Shown: positions 26,183 through 39,317, counted from the first letter of the whole stretch. The stretch is 63,983 nt of DNA, filler included, from Neoconidiobolus thromboides FSU 785 (GCA_025603075.1; 12 parts of 12 records of this genome joined end to end with filler, not necessarily neighbours in it), one strand, 5' to 3'. Notes: a model not told the origin generated them from the sequence alone. Numbers and translations are program-made.

Positions 26183-26281
26183 GGGGATGTATTTTTGTGT
26201 TTAAGAATTTTATTAACAATTTTTCCGCTCAAATAGTGCTTAAAAGATGGAAAAAATAATGAACCCCAAAAAAATACCCCC
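26183..26281 (+). mobile_element. MITE family A copy
   Basis: TSD ATAT/ATAT. Confidence 0.9.
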
Positions 26282-26346
26282 ATATGGTGATAGTAAACTT
26301 GAATCATTGATGAGTAAAAGTATTATTAAAAGGATATATTGGACTA

Positions 26347-26754
26347 TTGACCAAATTCAAAAGATCCAAAGAAGTCCAATTTTTTTGGAATTATGAGTGT
26401 AAGTCCCACAGTACTTGTTATACTCCTTATTGGAATTCAATACGGTCTGGGGTGACAGGATACCTAAAGAAGGAAGTAGACATCCTAGATTATTTTACTA
26501 GCATTATAAATTTGGAAGACAAATATGCTCCAGATATTATTGAGTTCGACCCCTTAGCTGATGGTAAAAAGTATGCTTTAGATGAGATCAAAAAAGCAAT
26601 TACTTTAACTGATGAACATAAAACAAAACGCATAAAAAGTAAAAGCGGTGCTGCTTTTTTTAATGAAAATTATTTATTTATTACAAGGGATCAAAATATG
26701 AACTATCTCCAATTATGCCAACTACTCATAGTTGTAAAGAAGCTCAAATTGTAA
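26347..26754 (+). pseudogene. Unknown coding relic or hypothetical ORF, probably the 3' part of a MITE-interrupted gene
   Basis: 135-codon open frame without ATG start; upstream coding-like pieces lie in other frames. Confidence 0.3.
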
Positions 26755-26812
26755 TCCAAAAAAATACAACTGCTTCTTAATAAATCATCGGATAGCTTGA
26801 AATTTTATGTAT

Positions 26813-26906
26813 GGTGATGTTTTTTCGGTTTCATTACTTTTCTATTTTTTAAGCGTTATCTGAGTGGAAGGATCGCTATTAAAATTTTTAAACAAAATAC
26901 ATCCTC
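26813..26906 (-). mobile_element. MITE family A copy
   Basis: TSD GTAT/ATAT. Confidence 0.83.
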
Positions 26907-26927
26907 ATATATTTATTTTTTGTAAAT

Positions 26928-27997
26928 TTATTTCAAACCATTATAAATCAAATTATTTTTTGTACTGTTTGAAAATCCTTTTACATAACCTTTAGTTGCT
27001 ATACTTTGAAGATGATTTTTCATTTGTTCAATAGTATAAGTACCTTTCGAATAAAAATAAGCAGCAAGTCCAGCCACATGAGGAGTAGCCATGGATGTAC
27101 CTGACATTGTATATGTAGAACCATTATTCCAAGTGGATAAGATATCTACACCTGGTGCAATGATAGAAACACATTCCCCATGATTTGAAAAAGATGCTTT
27201 ATTATCATTTTGATCCGATGCTGCTACTGTAAAGGCACTGGATGAAGAACCTGGAGAATGTTTACAAGAATCATCGTTGTTATTTCCTGCAGCTATAACC
27301 GAAAAGATACCTGAACTAACTGCAGAATCAATAGCATCATTACATGACTTTGAATATCCACCAGAAATCGACATACTAATAACATTGGCGTATTTTCCAC
27401 TCTTGTTTTTAATTACCCAATCAATACCAGCAATTATATTGCTCCATGTTCCGTCTCCATTTTTATCTAATACTTTGACAGCAATCAAATTAGCTTTTTT
27501 ACTTATTCCATAATTCACAGATCCTACTGTACCAGCACAGTGTGTTCCATGGCCTTGTTCATCATTGTCTGGACTACCACTTACAAAATTGGCTCCCCAT
27601 TTAGCTCTTCCTTCAAACTCAGGATGATTGATATAAATCCCAGAATCAATGATATATACATTGACACCATTTCCATCACCATCATAATCATATTTTGATC
27701 TATCAACAAATTGACGTTGGGATGTTCTAGCCAATCCCCAAGGAGCATTAGTTTGGGTTGATTGTATACTGACTCTACTATCCGCTTCAATATAATCCAC
27801 ATCCTCAAAGTTTCTTACTTTTTGTAAAACACTATCACTAAATTTAGCATGATAAGCTCCTCCAATTGAATGATATATTTTATTTATACTATTATTAAAA
27901 CTTCTTTCAATAAACAATTGTTGTACTTTATTTAAATGGAGTTCTATGCTAGAACGTAATTCTTTTTTTAAATTTATGATATAACTTCCAGGAATTG
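26928..27997 (-). CDS. Subtilisin-like S8 serine protease (proteinase K type) with I9 propeptide; 5' end lost in the gap
   Basis: IIDSG, GHGTHCAG and SGTSMATPHVAG catalytic triad motifs; QTNAPWGLAR mature N-terminus. Confidence 0.96.
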
Positions 27998-28097
27998 NNN
28001 NNNNNNNNNNNNNNNNNNNNNNNNNNNNNNNNNNNNNNNNNTTAATTAATTAANNNNNNNNNNNNNNNNNNNNNNNNNNNNNNNNNNNNNNNNNNNN

Positions 28098-28204
28098 TTT
28101 TTGGTTTTTTAACAAAGAAGTTATTTTTATAGAATTTTAAGCAAAGTTAAAATATAAAATTTCTAAGAATTGGATAAAAAATGAAACCAATTCGAATATC
28201 CCCC
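28098..28204 (-). mobile_element. Family-B terminus truncated by the gap
   Basis: Ends CCCCC|TTAT; 95-bp perfect inverted match to 31660-31754. Confidence 0.7.
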
Positions 28205-28462
28205 TTATAGTGTGTTCCTATAACGTCAAATAAAGTTATCAAAATAAGGTAGAATTATTTTCATTCTAAAAGAAGCTTTATTTGATCATTTGAGAAATCT
28301 GGGCTTAATTTAGGAACTATTATAATATCATAAATCAAATTATTAAAAAGTGAAAAAGTAATTAACCTCAAAGCGGTGAAATAAGTTGATTTTGTAAATC
28401 CAAATAGTATTTAAAGAAAACAAATGAATTAAAGATAAAAAAATAAAAAAACAATCTCACGA

Positions 28463-28957
28463 ATGAAAAACAATTCTATTAACACGATAACCCATGAAAA
28501 AACAACCTCATTCAAAAAATCTAAAGATAACGCTATCGATTTCCTTCGCTCTTTATTAAGCCCATCAAAAAAAATAAATAAAACTAAAAAATCAAAACAG
28601 ATTAACTCAACTCAAAGGTCCACTCCAAATAGGGATTCAATTCGATTTGATGCTTTTATGCAGTCTATTAGTCATCATATTGATATAACTAATAGTGATT
28701 CCGATAGTCATAGAATGTATGCCAATGGTCATTCGAACATAAGGTGCAATTTTGATAATTATGACTATAATTATACTCATAATCATGCTCATAATCATTC
28801 TCATAATCATATTCATACTCATACTCACTCAGTAGATCATAGTTATCATGACCATCACCACGGGGGATTTATAAGTCACAGCGATCACCATCATGGAGGA
28901 TTAACAAGTCACAGCGATCATCACCATGGAGGATTTACTAGCCATAGTCATGAATGA
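28463..28957 (+). CDS. His/Ser/Gly-rich low-complexity protein, paralogue of 30399-31175
   Basis: Shared N-terminal motif; three HHHGG(F/L)xSHS repeats; paralogue-like frame continues past the TGA to 29053. Confidence 0.65.
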   Translation: MKNNSINTITHEKTTSFKKSKDNAIDFLRSLLSPSKKINKTKKSKQINSTQRSTPNRDSIRFDAFMQSISHHIDITNSDSDSHRMYANGHSNIRCNFDNYDYNYTHNHAHNHSHNHIHTHTHSVDHSYHDHHHGGFISHSDHHHGGLTSHSDHHHGGFTSHSHE

Positions 28958-29181
28958 GCAAGTAGCTATAATCACGCGGGCTCAAGTAGCTGTGACTATA
29001 ATGGATTAAATAGCTATAATTATTACTTCAGACATAAAATGTTGTCAATATGAAGTTTCAATGTAAATATTAATCGGAATAAAGCAATAATTACTTCGTT
29101 AAGTTAAAATAGTTTTAAATTTTATTTATTCATGGTTTACAGTTTTGATTTAGTTAATATTATTTTGGGTTTTTACTATAT

Positions 29182-29279
29182 GAGAGTGTTTTTTTTAACT
29201 TCATTATTTTTCCACTTTTTAAGCGTTATTTAAGCGGAAAATTTGTTAGTAAAATTCTTAAGCACAAAAATATATCCCC
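29182..29279 (-). mobile_element. MITE family A copy
   Basis: TSD ATAT/ATAT. Confidence 0.9.
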
Positions 29280-30398
29280 ATATATAGTTCAAGTTGTATT
29301 AAATAATATTGTTTTTTTCTAGAAAATGTATAAATAAAGTGATCAAATCGATAGGATGTATTTTATATATTGTAGTTAATACGTTTGAAGCAATATATAG
29401 GAAAGTCTATCTATCAGGTTCAGAAAGTTATCAATAGTCTTCACCATTTTCATATAAAAAGCAAATAAACTATATTAATTTTGATATTCATAACTTATTA
29501 GCATTTAGTTAGTATAATAATAGAGATCAAACTAAATACCTTAAGATTTTAATTTTCACTATCAGTTAATATAACGCTTTTCGTTTGATGTTAATTAACT
29601 CATTTTAAATAACTCAAAAAAAGTGCAAATTGTTTATCTGTTAGTGTAATGTACCATTTGTTCTCTATTCGAATGTCTCATAACCTCAAATATTAGTTTT
29701 CTTGAATCTAACTACATACCTTAAATTGGACGGCTTAATAATAGGTAGCTACTATATATGTTACATTAAATATGCTACTATAATTTTGTGAATAAATAAA
29801 AGCTATAGCTCTATAATCAATAATAAAGCGGACAAATATATTATGATTATAATATAGAATTGATTGAAAAAAATTTAAGAACCTTGCAAATAATTTGATT
29901 CATCTTGATTATTCCACTACTTAAATTGAAATAAACTCAAATATCCTTTTATATAATAAGCAAGTAATATTAATATGACAAAAAGTTTTCTAGGATCAAT
30001 AGTTATAATTAACAATTCATTTATAGTAAAACTTTAAATTGCTTTTATTACATTATCATACAACTAAATTATTTGTTGAGTGCTAATTAACCCATTGAAT
30101 TAATTGAATAAACATAAACAAAAGCTTTAAAACTTCAGTGTTCTTATAATTTTATACAATATCATATCAAAACAACGTGGAATTATTTAAACTACATAAT
30201 AGAACTTTGCTTTTGATTATTTCATAAACTTCTATTAAATTCACGATTTATTTTGATACTGTTTATTAAATTTTGTAAAAGGTAAAAAGCCTATATAATT
30301 TTAAGGACGGTGAAATTGATAACTTAAGAACTCAAAGACATATAAAAAAAGCAAAAATCCTCAAAGTAAGAAAACAAAGTTACAAACAATTCATAAAG

Positions 30399-31175
30399 AT
30401 GAAAGAAAAACAACCCACCGGTACCATAATCCAAGAGAAGATAAATAACAACAATAAAGTTAAAGATAAAGCAGTAGGTTTATTTCGTTCTCTATTTCGT
30501 CTATCAAAAAAAAAGGATAAAATTAAAGAAAAGCAACAATTTAATTCTAGTCAAAGATCCGCTCAACCTTCAAGTCCATTACAATCTGAACTTACCTTGC
30601 AATCTAATAATGATATTGGTTTAATAACTAATCAAGTTGATGATAACACTTATTTGGTTGACATGAGTAAACGAGATGACATAGTTAATGGAAAAGATAA
30701 TTCTACAGCAACTGTGTGTAGTATTAAAAATAAAACACATAATAAAAAGGAGCAAAAGGAATACGATCAAGATGTTACAGTTACTGTATTAAATGATCAT
30801 TCACTTTATGATACTCAAGAAAGAAAAAGTAATAAAAAAGTGGATGAAATTATAGCTACTAGTTATTCAAATAAAAACCATATTCATACTATATATGATA
30901 ATCATGATTCAGTAGCAAAGCATTGCAATAGTGGTTATGATCATAGCCAAAGCTATAATCATAGTCATAATTGTTCGGCAAAGCATAGTCACAATAGCCA
31001 TAATCATCAAAGTTTGAGTAGTTATGATAATCACAATCATGGAGGATCAAAAAGCTATGATACTCATAACCATGGAGGATCAACTAGTTATGGCTATGGA
31101 GGATCAACTAGTTATGATTATGGAGGATCAAGTAGCTATGATAATGGAGGATCAAGTAGCTATGATAATTATTGA
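30399..31175 (+). CDS. His/Gly/Ser/Tyr-rich low-complexity protein
   Basis: 258-aa intronless ORF; C-terminal GGSxSYD repeats. Confidence 0.7.
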   Translation: MKEKQPTGTIIQEKINNNNKVKDKAVGLFRSLFRLSKKKDKIKEKQQFNSSQRSAQPSSPLQSELTLQSNNDIGLITNQVDDNTYLVDMSKRDDIVNGKDNSTATVCSIKNKTHNKKEQKEYDQDVTVTVLNDHSLYDTQERKSNKKVDEIIATSYSNKNHIHTIYDNHDSVAKHCNSGYDHSQSYNHSHNCSAKHSHNSHNHQSLSSYDNHNHGGSKSYDTHNHGGSTSYGYGGSTSYDYGGSSSYDNGGSSSYDNY

Positions 31176-31648
31176 TTGAATACCAAATATTATTACGATC
31201 CAAATCTACTATAAACATCAAGTATAATAAACAGTTGAATAGCTTCAAGACTTTATTAAACCTAACTTTTATTTGTTTATTACTTCTAAAATAATTATAA
31301 ACCTAATAGTCGAGATACAATCCATGAATAAAACTAAATAAGTTAATTTAGTCACAACTGTTCTAAGCAGTTATACAAAGCGATATAAAACCTATTAAAA
31401 TAGCCCCATTTAGAAAACTGTACGTAAAACGCAAGTCGTTAAACAGCTTTTTATTTGTTTATATACTCCTTTTCTTTTCTAGGTAACTAATTTTTAGATA
31501 TGAACATTCACTAATTTCAATAAACTCAAGTGACCTATTAACCATTTTTATATTCAAAATTTACATTCAAGTGTTAAATAAGCTTATGACGCTTTCTTAC
31601 TTTTTAAAGAGATACATGTTTAATATTCTAATGATGTTTGGATTGTAT

Positions 31649-31754
31649 GGGGATATTCAAATTGGTTTCATTTTTTATCCAATTCTTAGAAATTTTATAT
31701 TTTAACTTTGCTTAAAATTCTATAAAAATAACTTCTTTGTTAAAAAACCAAAAA
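31649..31754 (+). mobile_element. Family-B terminus truncated by the gap
   Basis: GTAT|GGGGATATTCAAATTGGTTTCATT. Confidence 0.7.
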
Positions 31755-32030
31755 NNNNNNNNNNNNNNNNNNNNNNNNNNNNNNNNNNNNNNNNNNNNTT
31801 AATTAATTAANNNNNNNNNNNNNNNNNNNNNNNNNNNNNNNNNNNNNNNNNNNNAAGTTTGGGATTAGTTTTTTATATCAAAATAAAATTTAATTGCAAT
31901 TTCTTTTATAACTTTAACTAAAATCTTGGTCTTTATATATAGTTTTTTAATATTTCAATATATTGTCATTAAATTAGTTGAATAAAGTATTTAAAAGTTC
32001 TTTAAATGAAGGAGGTCATCTTTGAAATAT

Positions 32031-32129
32031 GTGGATGTTTTTTTTGGCTTCATTAGTTTTTCCATCTTTTAAGCGCTATTTGGGTAGAAAAATTGTTAGT
32101 AAAATTCTCAAATACAAAAATACATCCCC
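32031..32129 (-). mobile_element. MITE family A copy
   Basis: TSD ATAT/ATAT. Confidence 0.9.
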
Positions 32130-33620
32130 ATATGGTAAATCTAAACAATGAAATAAATAAAAATAAAGTTTATTAAATAACCTTACTAACATTTATTTAA
32201 AAAGCTCTCAATTAAGTTAAAGAATATATTAATAGCCTATAACATCCTTGATTACATTGTTGAATTCAACTAGTAACCTCAATCTCCTTTTCCATACAAA
32301 CAAAACATTAATAATGAGTAAAAAATAATTTACTCCATGGTATTTTAAACAAATAGTTACATTAATTATCATGATATATAAGCACTTACTGGTACTAATG
32401 TCTAAGTCAATTTGACTGATTAGTAAACTAGAATTTTATTAAATCGTATAGTAAATACAATGAATAAAAATCAGCTCTAGTACTTCACTACAATACATAT
32501 ATTAGATTTTGTAAATTAATAAGAACTAAAACTTTATAAACTATATAATAGAGAAATAAACATAAATTTAAATAATAAATAATAAATAATAAATTATTAA
32601 GATAAGTTTGTATCCGAAATATTACTATTACTTATACTTATAAATATTAACTAACAAAGATACTATAACAAAAAAACAAAAATAAGTTTGAAAAACAATG
32701 AAATAAATGGGGAAGAACAAATAAATAAACGTTGGAAAACATCAATAAATATAATGTCAATCTCAGATGTAGCACTTACAGAGCTTTTTTGGCAAGTCGA
32801 GCGACCTTTTATAATTTTGGCCCTTATCAAATCCCATTATTTGATATAGTAATTTAGTTGCTGAAAAGACAACCAGTTTAAAATATTATATTAGTAAAGG
32901 TAACATCAATACATTTTAAATTCAAAAAATCTTCCAATTCGTTAATGCCTTCATTTGAAAAGGCTTATAACAAATTAAAAGGCTAAACTGCATTTAAGCT
33001 ACTTCAGTTGTACCACCTAATTTTTTATTTCTTATAGTTTAAATTTAAAGTAATTCATATATAAATAACTACGTGAAAAGTGAGATTATGTTATAATGTC
33101 AATACTTCACCCTATAATAGACGATTACAAATTATAAATTCATACATAAAAAGTTACTAAAAACTTTAAATAACATACTAAACTCATATGAAAAACAATT
33201 TATTAAACTAAACTTTCATCGGAAATAAACTTGGAATTTGATCATATTGGTCATATTAGAAACCAACAGTTTTAGGGGTCGCAGTAGCAATTAAAATTAA
33301 AAGAGTATCGACTCTATAATTAATATTGATTTCACCATTGACTAAATAAAATTCACCCATCTTAAGCAATTCAAGGTTTGGAAAAAGATATAGTAAATAA
33401 AGAAAAGTTTCAAGTGGAGTAACGAGGCGGTTCATATGAACTTTTCGAGCTGAATTACATTTAAGTCCATTACATTATAAATATTAAAACCAATTACATT
33501 TTGTTATTAAATATTTGTGAATATTTAAAATTCATATGAGAAAAGTGGATAGTATTGATATTTGGTAATAAAGCAATTCTTTTTAATAAATCTCTATTTA
33601 ATATTTTAAGATAAATATCT

Positions 33621-33719
33621 GGGAGTGTTTTTTTTGACTTCATTACTTTTTCCATCTTTTAAGCGCTATTTGAGTGGAAAAATTATTAGTAAAATTCTTA
33701 AATACAAAAATACATCCCC
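33621..33719 (-). mobile_element. MITE family A copy
   Basis: TSD ATCT/ATCT. Confidence 0.9.
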
Positions 33720-33753
33720 ATCTCTTAAAGTTGGTATTCTTAAATAATTCATA

Positions 33754-34629
33754 TTAATTTTTTCTTTTAACAAGTAAACCAAAAAGGCCTAGACTTTTGA
33801 TATTATATTCTTGAGATAATGGCTCACATTTTAGATTATGACAGCCTTGTTTAGGTAATTTATCCGATTCTTCCTTTAAACCCAACCTTCTTGTATGCTG
33901 TAAATCACCAAAGCACCCAACGATTCCATTATTAAATTTACCGCTAATTTTAGTCTCAATTTCATTAGAAACAAAGCCACAACAAGATTCAATCATTATT
34001 GAAATTCTGATCTTTTTATTACATCTTGAACCCAATAATTTTAATCTTCTAGAGATCATCTTAATTGTATCAATTCTATTCATATATTGATAACATCCAG
34101 AGTGTAATTGAGATGTCTTTAATTAACATCTTTCAGTGAAATAAGGAATAATCCTATAAATAAATACTGAGACTCTAAAGATCCCAATTTGACCTACTTA
34201 ATTTCTAAATATATTAAATACTTGTAGATACTTGTTTAAATCAATATTTAATTTTTTCATATATTCAAATATGATTACTCTAAGATTTCTATCAATGCTG
34301 CTATTACTATTCATCTTAAAATAGATGGATCCTAAATTGGGACATTGATTTATAAGCTCAAGGATATTGTTATTGATATTAATATGAATCACTTTCTATA
34401 GGTATTCATTGATGAACTTCACTTGATAATCTTTATACTTCTCTATACCAGGTCTATTATAGATGGGGCGAGTTGAATTATATTGGATAGTCTTAACGGC
34501 AACTTTGAGCAAATACTTACTTGAAAAATATAGATCAAAAAACTCATCTAGATTTGACTTCTTAGAGATTTCTTCAAGTACGATTTCTGGTAAGCATTCA
34601 AATTTGATGGCATTTATAAAAGCATACAA
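33754..34629 (-). pseudogene. F-box/LRR-like pseudogene
   Basis: F-box-like FECLPEIVLEEISKKSNLDEFFDLYFSSKYLLKVA and LRR-like QCPNLGSIYF; three ORF-track pieces are one frame broken by stops at 34398, 34200 and 34125. Confidence 0.6.
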
Positions 34630-34698
34630 ATTGAAGAAGAAACAATCAATTTATTTTTAGTTTACAATTTTTCAATTTTATGATCCAAGACAACATTT

Positions 34699-34795
34699 GG
34701 GGATGTATTTTGTATTTAAGAATTTTACTAACACTCTTTCCACTCAAATAACACTTAAAAAATGGAAAAGTAATGAAATCGAAAAAAACATCCCC
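34699..34795 (+). mobile_element. MITE family A copy
   Basis: TSD ATTT/ATTT. Confidence 0.9.
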
Positions 34796-35248
34796 ATTTA
34801 AAAATAAATCTTATTTACCAAAGTAACTGTGGTTATTCTGTTTTAAAATTAGCCAATAAAATTGATTATGGGTACTCCCTCCAAAAAGAGGACATGTAAT
34901 TTAAAGTCGGTTTAGTAAACTAATACTAAAATAATAGGAATAAGAATATCTTTTTAAAATAGATATTAAAACAAATATCCTACCAAAAAGTCGCATAGCT
35001 TGTATTTATCTTCTCATTTGCCTCCATTTGTAAAAAAACTTTAACTTCCAGTCTATTATCTGATAGTTTTTACCTGTTAATAAAACATTTGGAAGCTCCT
35101 GCTTTTTGATTTATTTAAAATTATTGCTGTAAAAGTTGGTACTCAGTGGTTGAATTTAAGAGTAGTTCTTGTTTAATTAACTGGATGTAAGTCAAAAAGC
35201 CATAGTTTATAGAACTAAAATACGTTCAAATTTATAGGAATAGCATAT

Positions 35249-35346
35249 GGGGATGTATTTTTGTGTTTAAGAATTTTATTAACAATTTTTCCGCTTAAAT
35301 AGCGCTTAAAAAATAGAAAAAACAATGAAGTTAAAAAAATACTCCC
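35249..35346 (+). mobile_element. MITE family A copy
   Basis: TSD ATAT/ATAT. Confidence 0.9.
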
Positions 35347-35571
35347 ATATAATAAGCAATGAATTATATAAAGTAAGTAGAATAAAAAATATCATTGTAA
35401 ATTTATATAGAATACTACAAGACTTAGTAGCTTTATTAAAAGTATGATATCAGAGAACAATTTGATCAAAAAGCCTTGAATTATTACGTTAGAAACTTTA
35501 CTTTATATTTTAATTGAGTAGTTGTAATTTATTATCATGATTACCAAACATAAATATCAAAACAAGGAAAT

Positions 35572-35669
35572 GGGGCTGTTTTTTTTGGTTTCATTATTTT
35601 TCCGTTTTTTAAGCGCTATTTGAGTGGAAAATTTGTTAGTAAAATTCTTAAGCACAAAAATACATCCTC
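35572..35669 (-). mobile_element. MITE family A copy
   Basis: TSD AAAT/AAAT. Confidence 0.9.
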
Positions 35670-36661
35670 AAATAATGTTTTTTGGAACTAAGTGATAAAA
35701 ACCCTCATAGCAAATTAAAACAAAAAACTCTAAATTAGTTGTATTATATGAATTATAATTAATTACAAGCTGATAAAGCAATATTTCACATTACCATAAA
35801 AACTTATTAAATGGCTTAAATATTATGAAACTCACTTCAATTTAATACCATTTTTTTTAAATGGATAATTGTTTAGTTTAAAAGGTATAGCTCTTTTAAA
35901 AGTTACTTAGCTTATATTATTTTTGAATTGTTATAATACTAAAGCCTAATTTTATAAATATCTAAAATAAGGGGATGTTCTTTTTGGTTCTATTACTTTT
36001 TTATATTATTAAATTATAATAAATTATATCAAAGCTGGGAATTTAAGCTTAATTTTTAGCAATAGGTAATACTGTTATTCTAGTATTAATTGATAAATAT
36101 TTATTTGAATATTAGTATAATTTTTAAAACTTTACCAGGATTTTTAATTAAAGTCAAAATAAAATCAAGATTTTAACTTTTAAACAAATAATTTAGTATT
36201 ATATAAAATATTATTTTACTAACTATTAATTAATTATATAGTAATTACTTAAATTAAATATTAAATATATTTGTAATTTTATTGTTGTTTCATCAGCTTT
36301 TAAAATTAAAAAATTTATTATTCATTTATTTTTAAAAAAAACATATCTCATAGATTATTTTGAAATTGCAAAAATTTAATTCAATCTAAAATTTTAAATG
36401 CGTAATTAAACCGAACAGCTATTTATTTTAAAAAATACTACTGAATTTAAGTTTTTTAATATTATAATACTTTTTTTTATCTTTCAGTTTATCAGTTTTA
36501 TAAATACTTTCTTCTATATAAAAATACGATTAATCTTTTTACTGGAAATTCAAAATAATCCTTACTGTTTGAGAAATAAATCCTTAGTTTTAATTTAACC
36601 AAATTTTAATACTAATTTAAATTCTGTCCGTTTTTTAAGTAGTTTAAAATAGAAAAAATTT

Positions 36662-36759
36662 AGGGATGTACTTTTGTATTTAACAATTTTATTAACAATT
36701 TTTCTACTAAAATAGCGCTTAAAAGATGGGAAAAGTAATAAAGCAAAAAAAACATCTCC
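36662..36759 (+). mobile_element. MITE family A copy
   Basis: TSD ATTT/ATTT. Confidence 0.88.
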
Positions 36760-36839
36760 ATTTGTTAGCTCAACCTTTAAATAAAAAACATATTCGTTAA
36801 ATTCTTGAATAATTTGTTATCCTAAAACTTTATATATAT

Positions 36840-36938
36840 GGGGGTGTTTTTTTTGAATTCATTGTTTTTTCCATCTTTTAAGCGCTATTTTAGTAGAAAA
36901 ATTGCTAATAAAATCCTTAAATACAAAAGTACATCCCC
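36840..36938 (-). mobile_element. MITE family A copy
   Basis: TSD ATAT/ATAT. Confidence 0.9.
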
Positions 36939-38426
36939 ATATGCTTTTGTTCCATTTTCGATACTGTTATCTTGTATCCATTTTTTTTGAAAAATCTAGT
37001 GTTGAATCAAAAAAGTTTTTACATTAAATGACAAAAAATTTCTTGTTATCAGGGCCATTAATTAAGTTATTTACTTTTCAAAATATAACGTTATAATTGG
37101 GATAGTATTCAATAGAAACTGAATACATTTTGAAAAATTATGCAAAGAATCAATAATAAAGTCATTACTAACTTTGATAAAGTTTATATTATATATACAT
37201 ATAACGTAGTCCAATTGATGCATTCGTACTCATAAAAACTATACAGGCAAACTAATCTCTTCTGTAAATCTTTCTTTATTGCTATTTATTTTATCATTTA
37301 TTTTATTATTTATTTTATTATCTATTTTATTGTTTGTTTATAAAACAAACTATCCTTTTAAACCTTATTAGTTACGTTAATTTAATTAATTCAAAGTATA
37401 ATTTTATTTTGTATTTATTTATAAAGGCCTAAAACCTATCATTTCTATTTTTCAAGCATTAAGACTACCTTATCTTACTTTATATAAGCTTATCAGTCGG
37501 CAAATCACTGGATTGAGAACTTCATAGCCTTTGTGACTTACATATATGGATCTGTTATTTAAAGATTAGGTAACAAAATTGTTTTTAAGATTATGAGCGA
37601 TTTAGAGCTCAAATATGGGTTAGTTTTATAAGGAGATTAATCAGATACACAAGCTTTAATGGGTTGTTATTACTTTCAAGGACTCAAAGATGTTATAATG
37701 AGGCAAAGAATGATACGAGATATAAAACTCCTAGCTGGAGTTAGGCAATAAAATTAAATAAGAGTAGTTCATTACAACTTTTTATTGTTATATGTTAGTT
37801 TATTATCATATCATTAACATATTATTTATAAACTAATATACTTTCAATTTACTATATCTGATGATTCAAATCATATAAAGTTAAGGTTGAATTAAATTAA
37901 TTAAGATTAGATAATAATTAGTAATTCTAGAAAATAGCAGGTTAAAAGCATTAATTTTTGGGCAAAGAAAATAGACCATAATTAATATAATAAATGCCAG
38001 TGTATAAAATTGTAAGTTTTAATCTAATTATGACTATACATAATATACCTCCTCATTTATGTAGAAAATAATAAAAGCCAATCAAATACTAAAAAATCAA
38101 AATCTAGAATATAATAGCATCCTCAAACTAGCGTTTATTGTTAAAAATGAATTGATTAATAATAAAATGATGTCGGATCTAAGATAGCAGATAAAAGCAT
38201 TAAACTTTCAAATATTAAATATTAAAATTAACCAATCAATTGCGATTTATCCCTGAAATTTCATCATTTGAAGTGATGATTTTACCATTCACCATAAAAT
38301 CGATGAAATTTAAAATTTAAATGGTATCATTTAAAAAAGATGAATACTATAAAAGAAAAGAAAAGAAACTAAATAACAATTGAAAGAGTATATAAAAATT
38401 AAGAGACAAGAGAGTAAAAGAAAATT

Positions 38427-39258
38427 ATGACTTTGAACTACGATATAGACGATCACTTGTTAGAAACTAGTTTAGCTTCCTCGGATATCATCTATATTGC
38501 TGATGACAGCATTAACTATTCCACGAACCCTAAAATTCAACCCATCACTAACATCAATGACATATTATACCAAGAAAGTCCTGTTTCGACAATTTATTTA
38601 GCTCAATCACAATTACCTTATATTTATCCTATTTTATATAAATTAAACTCTACTTTAAATCAAAAAAAAGATATTTCAATTCATATTAAAGTAATTATTA
38701 AAAATGTTTATGATGAAGAAATTGAGAATTTAATTAATATAAATCTAAATCAATTAAATTGGTTCACTACTAAAAGTGTTGAGGAATTCCTTAAAATTGA
38801 AGAGTATATCAATCAATTGAAGAATCAAATTACGGTACATTTGGTGGATGAAAAGGTGTTTTCTAGAGAGGAAGTTAAAATTAATGGAAATCAAAATGGA
38901 TATGTAAATGGCACTGGTGAGAATTTTAAGTTTTTTAAATTTGATAAAAAGGAAGGAAGTGATATATTAACAATTCAATATAATTTTAATTATGAGAATG
39001 AAGATAGTAGCAAGGATAAGAGTGTAATAAGTATTATACATATTAATAAGAAAGAAATAGAAGAATATTATCAATTAATTAAGAATATTAATGAATTAAA
39101 GATAATTGAAATCATATTAAATAATAATCAACAAATTAATACTGAATTTAATCAATTATATCATTTTATTTTACAAATACTTTATTTCAGTGAAGATAAT
39201 ATTATTAATGTAGATATTCAATTTAAGTATTCAAATAAGCAATTAGTTACTGGAAATC

Positions 39259-39317
<59 letters not shown>

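Noticed and set aside
33754-34629. Stop-codon reassignment (in-frame TAA/TAG)
   Set aside because: Conserved genes in the window end at TAA/TAG/TGA and have no internal stops; pseudogenisation is simpler
33621-34795. Pack-type composite element carrying the F-box relic between two MITEs
   Set aside because: Each MITE has its own distinct complete TSD (ATCT vs ATTT), so they are independent insertions
37480-37760. Coding-like relic (ANHWIENFIAFVTYIYG...) and a similar one at ~60400-60800
   Set aside because: Several stops and no recognisable family; not enough evidence to call
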